Positions 7,551 through 17,173 of a stretch of DNA of 19,952 nt are shown in pieces. Where the stretch lies: NCBI GenBank assembly GCA_027491735.1, contig JAOZGP010000002.1:1-19952 (forward strand), read 5' to 3'. Below the pieces are notes generated by a model. It was not told where the DNA came from, made no database searches, and worked only from the letters and a program-made list of their open reading frames with translations. The first letter of the stretch is position 1. Each line of letters opens with the position of its first letter. The stretch comes from Thermoproteota archaeon (GTDB lineage: Archaea; Korarchaeota; Korarchaeia; Korarchaeales; Korarchaeaceae). Made by a program: the position numbers and the translations under genes.

Positions 7551-8993
7551 TCAGAAGATCTTTCTCTCTGTTATGAGGTCGTGAGGTCTGAGCTCCATCA
7601 CTCCCGCTGGAGAGACAAAGGCCACGGAAGCCTTCTTCCACATCTCCCTTACATTGCTGGCACCAGCATAGCCCATGGCTGCTTTGAGCCCTGCCGCCAG
7701 CTCCCTGACCACATCCTCCACAGTTCCCCTGTAGGGGACCCAGCCCTCCACTCCCTCCTCTATCTCCTTGGATGGCCGACTGTACCTGTCCAAGGAGTAC
7801 CTCTTCTCCCTGGCTCTGTGGCTTCCCATTCCATAATACTCCTTGAAATATCGGCCCTCAAGGGCTATGAGCTTTCCAGGGCTTTCTCTACATCCGGCGA
7901 AGATGTTCCCCATCATGGCTGCTGAGGCTCCCAGTGCCAGGGCGAGGGCAATATCCCCAGAGGACTTCACCCCTCCATCAGCTATTATTGGAACATCAGC
8001 TTTGAGATCCCTTAATGCATCGCTGACGGAGGCCGTAGCGAAGAGTGTAGGAGCTGAGACCTTGGTCACGACCGACGTGGAACATATGGATCCGCTTCCT
8101 ATTCCCACTCTGAAACCGTTCACCTCCTCCAGCTCGTTGATCACATCCACTGCTGCTTGGTAGGTTCCTATGTTGCCGACTATCAGCTCAGCCGAGATCT
8201 CCCTCATCATCCTCTTTGTGGCCCTAATCACGTTGCTGTTGTGGAAGTGCGCCACATCCGTCACCAGGATGTCCACGTACCTGTCGAGGATCTTGGCTCT
8301 CTCAAGATCGAAGGGGGATACAGCCGCTGCCACCAGAAGGCGGCCTTCATCATCTCTGGAGGCGTGAGGATACCTTCCTTTCAGCTCCAGGTCCTTTATG
8401 GTCACAAGACCCCTCAGCTTCATGTTCTCATCCACCACAGGAAGCTTCTCCACCTTGTTCTCCTGCATGAGCTTCTTCGCATCCTCCAAGGAGATGTTCT
8501 CTTCAGCGCAGATGAGGTCCCTGGTCATGACATCCCTCACCCTCAGCTCTCCGTCAGCATATCTGACATCCCGCCAAGTAACTATGCCCACCAGCCTCTC
8601 TCCCTCATCAACCACTGGGAGACCGTGAATTCCCCTGCTTTCCATGAGCTCGATGGCCTCCCTTACGGTGACGTCGGGAGCGATCGTGTGAACCTCTCTT
8701 ATTATAAAGGACTCAGCCCTCTTCACCCTCCTGGCCATCTCGACCTGCTCCTCAACAGAGCAGTTCCTGTGAAGGACTCCCAAACCACCGCACCTGGCCA
8801 GAGCTATTGCCAAGTCGGCTCCGGTGACCGTGTCCATGGGTGACGACACAAAGGGGACCTTCAGCTCATGCCTTAGTGTGACCTTCGTTGATAGGTCTAC
8901 ATCTCCCGGCTCGACCTCCGCCCTTCCTGGCAGTATGACCAGATCGTTGAACGTGAACAATGTGGGGGCGTTCTCGATCTTTCTGGCTCCCAT
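7551..8993 (-). CDS. guaB: IMP dehydrogenase with CBS pair
   Basis: SSPMDTVT, two CBS domains, catalytic GIGSGSICST, IIADGG, YYGMGS, EGVEG. Confidence 0.96.
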   Translation of the reverse strand: MGARKIENAPTLFTFNDLVILPGRAEVEPGDVDLSTKVTLRHELKVPFVSSPMDTVTGADLAIALARCGGLGVLHRNCSVEEQVEMARRVKRAESFIIREVHTIAPDVTVREAIELMESRGIHGLPVVDEGERLVGIVTWRDVRYADGELRVRDVMTRDLICAEENISLEDAKKLMQENKVEKLPVVDENMKLRGLVTIKDLELKGRYPHASRDDEGRLLVAAAVSPFDLERAKILDRYVDILVTDVAHFHNSNVIRATKRMMREISAELIVGNIGTYQAAVDVINELEEVNGFRVGIGSGSICSTSVVTKVSAPTLFATASVSDALRDLKADVPIIADGGVKSSGDIALALALGASAAMMGNIFAGCRESPGKLIALEGRYFKEYYGMGSHRAREKRYSLDRYSRPSKEIEEGVEGWVPYRGTVEDVVRELAAGLKAAMGYAGASNVREMWKKASVAFVSPAGVMELRPHDLITERKIF

Positions 8994-9176
8994 AGGTGTT
9001 CTTGAAGATCCATCCTAATAAAAGTTCCCACCTCAGATGAGGTATGCAGTTCACCGGATCGTCATGCCCTTTCATTCCTCAGCGGATGTTGGGCGAGGAG
9101 TCCATGGTGACTCATGAGGAGGCGAACGGAGAAGGTCAGTTGTGATGAAATCGAGTCCTTTCAGCACATCCGATCC

Positions 9177-9980
9177 TCAGGTGATCCTTCGGACAATCAA
9201 AGGGTTTTCCTTCAAGTCATCTGGGATTATCCCTTTTCTCGGGTTTTTACCAATGAGAAACCCTCTATGTGAGATTCTCTCAAGCTCAACAAAATCCACA
9301 TCATGATAAAACATCCACATCAAGGCAGCCAATGAGGAGAGACTCCAGAAGGAGATCTCCATATCCACAGACTCGCCTGTGAGGAGTGATATGAGTTTCC
9401 TCCTGTAGACTCCTCTCAGATGATCGTACCCCTGGTGAAGAGTCACCTTCCCTTCTCCCCTCTCGGGGAGGAGATACCTGTAGCCTGTGATCCTGAGGTT
9501 CCAGTCGCAATAATCCAAAACCTCGATTGCGAGCATGTTCGACGTAAAGGAGACGCTTGCCAGCATTCTAGCACAGTTCCAGGGGTTGAAGTGGGGGATG
9601 CTGAGCCCGTAGATGAGACATAAATCCTGGTCGCCTACGAACCGGTGTACCTCCTCTGCCCTGCACTTCAAGAGCTTTGGCTTGATTCCGATCCTCTCCG
9701 GTATCCACTCCCCAGCTTTCCTTAGAGCATCCTCCCTCAGATCTGCTAAGGTGAGCTCTACCTCTTTTCCCCTCTCGATCAGCTTCTCAGCAAGAACAGC
9801 CCCGCCTATGCCCGTTCCACTACACAGGTCCAGGAGCCTGATCTCCTCGAGTTCCTCGATCCAAGGATGAGAGGTCAGGACATCCATGTGATCGCGGGCG
9901 AGATTGATCCTCCTGATGAAGGTCCTCTCGCCCGGATCCTCAGGCCACTCAAACAGCTTGTACAGGCTGTCCAGATCCAT
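9177..9980 (-). CDS. Class I SAM-dependent methyltransferase
   Basis: Motif I LLDLCSGTGIGG; acidic end of beta-2 (LADLRE). Confidence 0.88.
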   Translation of the reverse strand: MDLDSLYKLFEWPEDPGERTFIRRINLARDHMDVLTSHPWIEELEEIRLLDLCSGTGIGGAVLAEKLIERGKEVELTLADLREDALRKAGEWIPERIGIKPKLLKCRAEEVHRFVGDQDLCLIYGLSIPHFNPWNCARMLASVSFTSNMLAIEVLDYCDWNLRITGYRYLLPERGEGKVTLHQGYDHLRGVYRRKLISLLTGESVDMEISFWSLSSLAALMWMFYHDVDFVELERISHRGFLIGKNPRKGIIPDDLKENPLIVRRIT

Positions 9981-10228
9981 CGATGGAAGGCGAGGAGGAT
10001 CAAATAAAAAATTGTGGAGATTGGGAGATGATGAGATGATTCTCTAGGATGTGGAGTCCTATGGATCGCCATGAGATGCTGTTGGAGAACTGGTTGGAGG
10101 AGAGCAGCATGCTGCCAAAGAGATGGGCAGCTGAGGGGACTCACCGACGTCATCGGGTCAAGGCCTGTGGTGGTTAAGGGGGATCAAATCTTTATAAGCA
10201 TCAGTGATGGTGGAGTCCCTGATCTCCC

Positions 10229-11038
10229 ATGATTGTGACTTATGAGGAGGTGAATGGGGTAAGGATAGGGGTCTACAGAGATCTTAGGGGCAAGGGGCCT
10301 GTCTTGGTGTTCATCCACGGCTTTCCTGGCCAGATAAGTAACTGGAAGTACCAGCTGGATTACTTCAGGGGAAAGCTTCCTGTCGTGGCCTACGATCAGA
10401 GGGGCTTCGGGACATCAGATAAGCCTGAGAGGGTATCCTTCGAGGAATATCTTTCCGATCTAGAAGCTCTCCTGAGAAAACTCGATCTAAAAGATGAGGA
10501 CGTGATTTTAATAGGTCATAGCTTTGGCGGCATGGTGTCCGAGTGGTACGCCGGAACCCATACAGTAAGGAGTCTCGTCCTGATAGGCTCTCTTGTGGAG
10601 ATGAGACCGGATTTAATGGATAGGATTATATGGAACTTCCCCTCCTTCCTCTGGAAGCCTCTCCTTTTCTCAGACAACTTCCTGACCAGAAGATTGTACA
10701 GAAAGCTGTTCTTCAGTCCGCACACTTCTGAGGACGTCTTCGAGGATTTCATGAGGGACAACAAGGAGTACATAGAGTTGCTACCACCGCATGTGTTCAG
10801 GTACAGCAAGTACTACATCAACCACAGTGCTGAGGATGTGTTGAGGAGCATAAAGTGCCCCACTCTGGTAATCGTCGGGCAGGATGACATCGTGACCCCT
10901 CCGAGGGAGTCCGAGAGAATACATGAGTTGGTGTCCAGCTCGAGGCTGGTTGTGCTTGAGAGATCTGGACACATGGTCCTCTACGAGAGGCCTGACGAGG
11001 TGAACCAATTGATAGAGGAGTTCGTGAGGGGGTTGTAG
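10229..11038 (+). CDS. Alpha/beta-fold hydrolase
   Basis: FIHGFP, YDQRGFG, nucleophile GHSFGG, GQDD acid, SGH histidine. Confidence 0.93.
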   Translation: MIVTYEEVNGVRIGVYRDLRGKGPVLVFIHGFPGQISNWKYQLDYFRGKLPVVAYDQRGFGTSDKPERVSFEEYLSDLEALLRKLDLKDEDVILIGHSFGGMVSEWYAGTHTVRSLVLIGSLVEMRPDLMDRIIWNFPSFLWKPLLFSDNFLTRRLYRKLFFSPHTSEDVFEDFMRDNKEYIELLPPHVFRYSKYYINHSAEDVLRSIKCPTLVIVGQDDIVTPPRESERIHELVSSSRLVVLERSGHMVLYERPDEVNQLIEEFVRGL

Positions 11039-11246
11039 AGACCTTTCCCATCTTTACTAAGGAACAGAGCCAAATCCTCTTTCGAATGATCTCGATCCTT
11101 TGAGCACAGCTGTAAGAACCACAGACATCGCCAAGATTTCTCTGAGCAGTGAAGAATAGAGCTCTTCATGTGATGGGAGAGTTTCAGAGACTTTGATGCA
11201 CTTCCGATTGCGCAGACCCTCCAACCTCGCTGAGTGGAGTTGAGGG

Positions 11247-11858
11247 TTATCGCGCCCGTTCTCTCCATGCTTGTCGTTGATCGCTGGAGAGACATACGCT
11301 TCTGATGGCACACAGGTTCTGATGAAAGAGGTTCATTACTCCGATCGTTATCAGCACCACGTTGTAGAGCTCCAATGTAGCCACGGATGGCCACCTAACG
11401 AGAAGCGAGCCGGAAATTCCAGCTATGAAGCAAAACACGCTGATGGCTCCATTGTATAAGTATCCTTCCCTGAACAATGAGATACCAAATAACAGCATTG
11501 AGAAGAGGGTGTAAGCAAAGAACTGATAGGGCAGTGTGGGATGAGGAGTAGTTCCCTCGGGAAACTCTGATATTAGGAACAAATAAAATGAGGCCAAGAA
11601 GAAGCCGGCTGAAAAGTGTCCGAGAGACAATCTCATAAAGCGGAGCAGGAATACTGAGTAGGCCATCATGAGAAGAGATGTTATCATTAACCCGTCGTTC
11701 AGTAAGTAAGCAGTTGGAAGGCCGAGCCTACCCATATCGCTTATCGCACCGCTAAATAGATCAAACCAAGGGCTCGCATAAATGGCAACGGAGATTGTGA
11801 TCCAACCGGATAAGATCGACGTAGGGGCCAGAAGAGCAGCAAATAGATCGAGCTTCAT
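11247..11858 (-). CDS. DUF998 family membrane protein
   Basis: 'SPWFDL...AISDMG', 'N.GL', 'FPEGT.PH' and 'ATLE' in a multi-TM protein. Confidence 0.75.
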   Translation of the reverse strand: MKLDLFAALLAPTSILSGWITISVAIYASPWFDLFSGAISDMGRLGLPTAYLLNDGLMITSLLMMAYSVFLLRFMRLSLGHFSAGFFLASFYLFLISEFPEGTTPHPTLPYQFFAYTLFSMLLFGISLFREGYLYNGAISVFCFIAGISGSLLVRWPSVATLELYNVVLITIGVMNLFHQNLCAIRSVCLSSDQRQAWRERAR

Positions 11859-12038
11859 CAGGGTCTTGTCCCACTCCCTGATTTAAAAAATCAACTCAGT
11901 TCCTGATCATGCAGCTAAACAGGTTTTTACTCTTTGGCCCGAGGCACCGGAACCAAACCTATCCAGGTTGTCGATCTTATTTATCCGTAAATTTTTTAGG
12001 ATGAGAGTCCTCTAGAGAAGGTTAAGAGGAGATAGTTC

Positions 12039-13049
12039 ATGAGATCGTGTTACATAGCTCCATTTCTTGCATTCCTGTTGGTGCTCTCATCGACCCCTCT
12101 ACTAGCCACTCAACAGAAGGTGATCGTAATCTCCAACTCAGCTGATATGCCGGCAGCTCAGGAGCTCATGTCCCTGCTCTCTCTAGCTGGTATCAGTGTG
12201 AGTGTAAAGTCAGCTAGCGACTTCGATGTGGTCCTGAACTCCCAAGATGTCACAGAGATAGTGATACTTGGTGGCCCAGATGCCTACGAAGGTGTGGGCC
12301 AGGTAAGCGCAAAGTTCCTCAGCCAACAGGATCAGCAATACCTCAGGTCGACTCCGGGCGCCTCTGTTGTCAGAAAGTTCACAAAGACATCAGGTGGTTC
12401 CACTAAAGAGATTTTGATAATTGCGGGCAACACTCGAAAGGAGACAAAGCTTTCCTCCGAGGTTTACTCATCGAGTGGCTTTCCTGGATCCAATTTATCT
12501 GGGATAGCTGCCAAGATAGTCATGCATTCCACGGGAACTAAGCTCACCTATCGTGTGACTTTTATAGACAAGAGAACCGGAAAAAAGAACGTCACAACAA
12601 TGTTGGTGGAGAAATTTTCCGGAACTGTCAACGGAGAGGAGGCAAATGGGTACAAGTGGACCTTCGAGGCGGAGATGCATGGATACACCGTTAAGATGGA
12701 GTACTTCTCGGTCTATACACAATCAGGAAAGTCATGTGAGATGGAGAGGGCCAGCTACATGGGCAATAGCATGGTCATCATGCCGTGGAGCTGTTACTCC
12801 GTCGGCGAGACTTCTGGATCTCCTGAAGGTGGAGCAAAACAATCTGATATGATCAGAAAGAACATGAAGATGGGGGTGAAAACTGTTCCAGCAGGAACCT
12901 TCATGTGCCTCATATTCACAAGTGAAGGGAAGGATGGAGGAACTTCCACTGCTTGGTACTCTCCAGAAGTACCCCTCACCCACATGGTCGCCAGCGAGTA
13001 CGATGGTCCGAAATCCAGAGTCTATCTGGAGCTGATGTCCATAGGATGA
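12039..13049 (+). CDS. Secreted protein: S-layer/cell-wall-binding-repeat-like N-domain plus beta-rich C-domain
   Basis: Signal peptide; 'NSAD', 'IVILGGPDAYEGVG', 'IIAGNTRKET'; C-terminal 'TVPAGTFMC...WYSPEVP' (DUF3108-like pattern). Confidence 0.7.
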   Translation: MRSCYIAPFLAFLLVLSSTPLLATQQKVIVISNSADMPAAQELMSLLSLAGISVSVKSASDFDVVLNSQDVTEIVILGGPDAYEGVGQVSAKFLSQQDQQYLRSTPGASVVRKFTKTSGGSTKEILIIAGNTRKETKLSSEVYSSSGFPGSNLSGIAAKIVMHSTGTKLTYRVTFIDKRTGKKNVTTMLVEKFSGTVNGEEANGYKWTFEAEMHGYTVKMEYFSVYTQSGKSCEMERASYMGNSMVIMPWSCYSVGETSGSPEGGAKQSDMIRKNMKMGVKTVPAGTFMCLIFTSEGKDGGTSTAWYSPEVPLTHMVASEYDGPKSRVYLELMSIG

Positions 13050-13055
13050 ACCACT

Positions 13056-13135
13056 CTCTCGGGGAGGAGATACCTGTAGCCTATGATCCCTGAGGTTCCA
13101 GCTGCAGCGATCCAACCCCGATTGCGGGTATGTTC
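13056..13135. repeat. Degenerate direct copy of 9460-9540 (internal methyltransferase segment)
   Basis: First 27 nt identical (CTCTCGGGGAGGAGATACCTGTAGCCT); by manual alignment 9 substitutions and 2 small indels over about 81 nt. Confidence 0.92.
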
Positions 13136-13888
13136 TGCGGTAGCGAAAACCGAAGTTAGATCATCTTTTCTCATCTTTTTATCCTTATTCTAGTGATGGA
13201 TTATGCGATTCGGTTTTGGAAATAAAGTCGCAAGCTTAGTAGGAGAAGGAAGTTACCGACGGGATCGGACGAGTATTGTCTGCAGGATGTATACTGCATT
13301 CGAACATTAGTCCAATCAATGTAGTACACTTAAACAGCACTTCAACGAGGTTACGCGTCGCGGTCGTGACATCATACCAGAGAGATAGAAAAATCTTAGG
13401 ACGGTTTTCAACCCATTTACTTTCATTTTAATATGCTAGTAGGAAGTACGGGTGCTCTCAACTTTCCTTAAATATGCTCTGTCAACAAGCATTCTTATGG
13501 TCTCACTTTGCTTTGTCCCTTCTAATGGCATTTACAGAAGCTTGATCCACTCTATTCCTTGCTGTAAAAGCCCCTTGTTGCTTTAACTCTCCGCTTATAG
13601 GATCGACCTACAAACCAGGTTTAAAGCGTGAAAACCCAAACCCCCCACTGGCTCGCTTACATCAGATATTCTAAGCTGGACAGAGCTTTCCCCTCCGTTT
13701 ATCTCGATCCAAACAACAGAAACCTCGACATACCCCGATTGCATGAGGCCTGTGGGTCATAACTTTAGTGAGTTGTGGGTATCGTCACAGCCGCCCTCCA
13801 AACTCAACTCACCGGATGCGAATCTAGGAGCTTCCTGAGATCACTCCTTAAATATCTTTTTAGGTACATCTGGCCCGGAGTGTTGGTG

Positions 13889-14311
13889 GTGAGTGAGGTG
13901 AACGAGGACATTGAAGCCCTGATAAGGAAGAAGATGGAGGAGTTCATGGAGTCTAGTAAGGCTCAGCAGAGGCTTATAGTGGAGGTCAGCGATGATAACT
14001 TTGAGGAGGAGGTGGTGGAGAGGTCCAAGGAAGTACCAGTTGTGGTGGACTTCTGGGCACCCTGGTGCATGCCCTGCAGGATCGTGGGTCCGGTGCTGGA
14101 AAAGCTGGTTAGGGAGTACAGGGGGGCGTTCGTTCTAGCCAAGGTCAACGTCGACATGAACCCGGTAGTGAGCCAGAGGTATATGATAATGAGTATACCC
14201 TCGGTGAAGCTCTTTAAAGACGGCAAGGTCGTCGACGAGTTCATTGGAGCTATACCAGAGCAGTATATCAGGATCTGGTTGGAGAAAAACATCGAAAAAG
14301 ATCTTAGTTGA
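13889..14311 (+). CDS. trxA: Thioredoxin
   Basis: VVVDFWAPWCMPC, cis-Pro motif SIP, archaeal-type N-terminal helix DIEALIRKKMEEF; start placed at a GTG downstream of TTAAATA (about 13848), exact start uncertain. Confidence 0.92.
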   Translation: MSEVNEDIEALIRKKMEEFMESSKAQQRLIVEVSDDNFEEEVVERSKEVPVVVDFWAPWCMPCRIVGPVLEKLVREYRGAFVLAKVNVDMNPVVSQRYMIMSIPSVKLFKDGKVVDEFIGAIPEQYIRIWLEKNIEKDLS

Positions 14312-14500
14312 TAGTTCCATGCTCAAAGATTTGCACCACCTCTCGATAACTTCGTTGAGAACCTCTTTCATCTCCCCAGAGCTGATGAACCTGTAGAGGA
14401 ACCTATAACTTCCCCAACAGCCCAGCTTTTCTCCTCCTGATGAACCTCCCTATCGACCAGTTCCGTGAGCGATTTCTGAACGGTGCTTATGGACGGTACT
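14305..14500 (-). pseudogene. Decayed TrmB-like/COG3355 HTH regulator (N-terminus lost, two frameshifts)
   Basis: Across three frames: SISTVQKSLTELVDR / FIRRRKAGL / GSYRFLYRFISSGEMKEVLNEVIERWCKSL; shifts near 14448 and 14414. Confidence 0.6.
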
Positions 14501-14744
14501 CTACACTATCCATCTGAACGATGGTCTTCGAGTAGGCAGATAAAAATGGAAACGGGTGATCCATGGAAGATCTGTTCACATCACGGATTGATGGGCAGGT
14601 GGTCCTGGCCGGAACCTTTAAATCAGTTGAGAACACTCCCAAGATAGGTGGACAGAATGGGTGACCGAGAAACTCCTGTCCGGAGGAATTTTTTCTCCTT
14701 CTAAAGTCTCCTTCATTTCCGAGGGGCTTCATACCCGTAGGATC

Positions 14745-15659
14745 GTGCGTATAACCCCTAGTGAGGATCCGATTGAGGTTGTGGCTCCAGCAAGTGTAGC
14801 CAACTTCGGTCCTGGATTTGACGTCTTCGGATTGTGTCTCAGTAGACCCTTCGACCGGATAGAAGCCGAGATCTCCGATGAGCCAAAGGTAGAGGTGGAG
14901 GGCCACGACGTTCCATCGGATCCCAAAAGGAATGTGGCGTTTGCTTCCGCTGAGGCCTTATTCAAGACGGTGGGATTCAAGAAGAGCATCAAGATGAAGA
15001 TAATAAAGGGAATCAGACCAAAGGGAGGCATGGGAAGCTCTGGAGCGTCTGCCCTGGGAGGTGCGCTGGCTGCGGCTCATCTGCTTGGTGTTAGGGACAG
15101 AGGTCTGATAGTAGCTGCTGCTCTGGAGGGTGAAAGGCTTGCCTCTGGAAGCCCTCATGGAGACAACGTCATTCCCTGTCTCCTCGGCGGATTCACTGTG
15201 GTGAGATCGACTGATCCGCTGGAGGTTGTTCGACTGGACGTCTCCTTCGAGCTTGTGGTGATCACTCCTGAGGTTGAAGTGAGCACGGAGGAGGCCAGGG
15301 GTATACTGCCCAAAGAGGTCCCCATGAGATCAGCCGTTAAGAACATGGCCTTGGCCAGCTCACTAGTCCTAGCTCTTGTGAAGGGTGATCTCAGGATGGT
15401 GGGTCGTCTTCTCGACGATAACTTGGTGATCCCCTACAGAAAGAAGCTCATGCCATGGTTCGATGAGGTGAAAGAGGCGGCCCTTGAGAGTGGGGCCTAT
15501 GGCCTGTCGATATCAGGATCAGGACCCACGGTCTTCGCTATCGGAGATGATCTGGACGGAATCGGCAAGGCTGTGGTGGAGAGCTTTGAGAGGATGGATA
15601 TAAAAGCAAGACACCTCGTGACCAAGGTGGGAAGAGGAGCGCGATGCTTAGGTGCATAG
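14745..15659 (+). CDS. thrB: Homoserine kinase
   Basis: APASVANFGPGFD, GHMP motif PKGGMGSSGAS, HGDNV, ISGSGPT; start uncertain (GTG 14745 chosen over 14661). Confidence 0.95.
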   Translation: MRITPSEDPIEVVAPASVANFGPGFDVFGLCLSRPFDRIEAEISDEPKVEVEGHDVPSDPKRNVAFASAEALFKTVGFKKSIKMKIIKGIRPKGGMGSSGASALGGALAAAHLLGVRDRGLIVAAALEGERLASGSPHGDNVIPCLLGGFTVVRSTDPLEVVRLDVSFELVVITPEVEVSTEEARGILPKEVPMRSAVKNMALASSLVLALVKGDLRMVGRLLDDNLVIPYRKKLMPWFDEVKEAALESGAYGLSISGSGPTVFAIGDDLDGIGKAVVESFERMDIKARHLVTKVGRGARCLGA

Positions 15660-16813
15660 AGTGCGGCAGATTCTACAGAGGAGATGAAGTAGTGTACAGG
15701 TGCGAGTGCGGTGGCCTGCTTGAGGTAATCGTGGATCTCAGCAGAGTTGATGACGTTTTTGATGGTAAGGACGTCAGGCTGTGGAAGTACGAGAGATTCC
15801 TCCCAGTCAGGAAGAAGGTCTCGCTGGAGGAGGGAGGAACCCCGCTCTACAGACTGAAGAATATATTTCCAAGTCTGAGAGTCTTCCTTAAAAACGAGGG
15901 AGCTAATCCCACGGGATCGTTTAAGGATAGGGGCATGACCGTCGGCGTGAGCAAGGCTCTGGAGTTGGGAATGGACAAGGTGCTCTGCGCGTCCACCGGA
16001 AACACGGCGGCCTCTCTGGCGGCCTACTCAGCTAGGGCGGGAATGAAGTGCTACATACTGATCCCGGGTGGAAAGGTTGCCTTGGGAAAGCTCTCCCAAG
16101 CACTCATTCATGGCGCTAAGGTGATTCCAGTCAAAGGGAACTTCGATGTGGCTCTGAAGCTTGTGATGGAGCTGAGCTCCGACCTCAGGGTGTACGTACT
16201 CAACTCGATAAACCCATTCAGGCTCGAGGGTCAAAAAACCCTTGCCTTCGAGATATATGATCAGCTCGGAGAGGTTCCAGATAACGTGGTGCTCCCTGTC
16301 GGAAACGCTGGAAACATCTCGGCCATATGGAAGGGATTCAAGGAGCTCGCGATGGCCGGGATAACGAAAAAACTTCCTAGAATGGTGGGGATTCAGGCCG
16401 AAGGTGCATCCCCCCTGGTCAGGATGCTGAAGGAGGGGGGAGAGTTCAGACCTTGTAGCAACCCGGAGACGGTAGCCACTGCCATAAGAATAGGAAATCC
16501 AGTGAACTGGAGCAAAGCTGTGAGGGCGATCCGTGAATCTAAAGGCCTCTTGGAAAGCGTTTCGGATGGGGAGATCCTTCGAGCTCAGTACAGACTTGCC
16601 TCGAAGGAAGGGATATTCGTGGAACCGGCCTCAGCTGCCTCTCTGGCCGGTTTCATCAAGTTAAAAGATCTCCACCTAGTCGACGGGACGACTGTTCTGG
16701 TAGCCACAGGTCACGGCCTCAAAGACCCCAACGTTGTGCTCGATAGGTTCAGCTTGCCCAATCCCGTGGACCCGGACGTGGAGTCTATGAAGGAGAGAAT
16801 TCTTAACCATTAA
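15644..16813 (+). CDS. thrC: Threonine synthase
   Basis: N-terminal Zn-ribbon CIEC..CECG, PLP Lys in NPTGSFKDRG, ASTGNT, PVGNAGN, EPASA, TGHGLKD. Confidence 0.96.
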   Translation: MLRCIECGRFYRGDEVVYRCECGGLLEVIVDLSRVDDVFDGKDVRLWKYERFLPVRKKVSLEEGGTPLYRLKNIFPSLRVFLKNEGANPTGSFKDRGMTVGVSKALELGMDKVLCASTGNTAASLAAYSARAGMKCYILIPGGKVALGKLSQALIHGAKVIPVKGNFDVALKLVMELSSDLRVYVLNSINPFRLEGQKTLAFEIYDQLGEVPDNVVLPVGNAGNISAIWKGFKELAMAGITKKLPRMVGIQAEGASPLVRMLKEGGEFRPCSNPETVATAIRIGNPVNWSKAVRAIRESKGLLESVSDGEILRAQYRLASKEGIFVEPASAASLAGFIKLKDLHLVDGTTVLVATGHGLKDPNVVLDRFSLPNPVDPDVESMKERILNH

Positions 16814-16889
16814 TTATCTGGAGCTTTGTTGTTTAAGCATGTAAGAGAAGTTGAACCGAGGAAAGCCATCTTATGTGTCTTGATCTCAA

Positions 16890-17102
16890 CTATGCCTTTC
16901 GGAATCTACAGATCTGGTCAATTCTAGAACTGTCGCGACTTCTTTCTGTTTCATCTATAGCTCGGTCAATCGCTTTCGAAATCTCTTCAAGATCACTCAT
17001 AGATTTTCCTCCACGATCACTTTCCCTGTATCTTTTCCACTGGAGTTACTTTATTGGTTTAAATACTCTATTCTCGTAAGCGACTTCTATGACTTTTCCC
17101 AT
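16890..17102 (-). pseudogene. DUF104/AF2212-like antitoxin pseudogene
   Basis: MGKVIEVAYENRVFKPIK* matches the family N-terminus (IEAVYENGVFKP); premature TAA at 17048-17046; the frame otherwise runs to 16890; no PIN toxin downstream. Confidence 0.7.
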
Positions 17103-17173
17103 GCAACCCACTCTTGAGAGGTCTAGGAGAGCTCATCGTGGAAAGATATTTCTTCGTTTTTCCCTTCTTTTGA

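Noticed and set aside
9033-9082. Minus-strand C/D-box sRNA (CTGA..ATGACGA..CTGA)
   Set aside because: No good box C, and the guide spacer is 22 nt, longer than the usual archaeal 10-14 nt
8994-9176. Riboswitch upstream of guaB
   Set aside because: A TATA-like TTTTATTA lies about 24-31 nt before the ATG, implying a leaderless mRNA, and no aptamer motif was recognised
11057-11311. 84-aa minus-strand ORF
   Set aside because: No recognisable motif, it overlaps the DUF998 gene end, and it has no clear translation signal
9460-13135. Repeat pair as the template and variable repeats of a diversity-generating retroelement
   Set aside because: Mismatches are not adenine-specific on either strand, there are indels, and no reverse transcriptase is present
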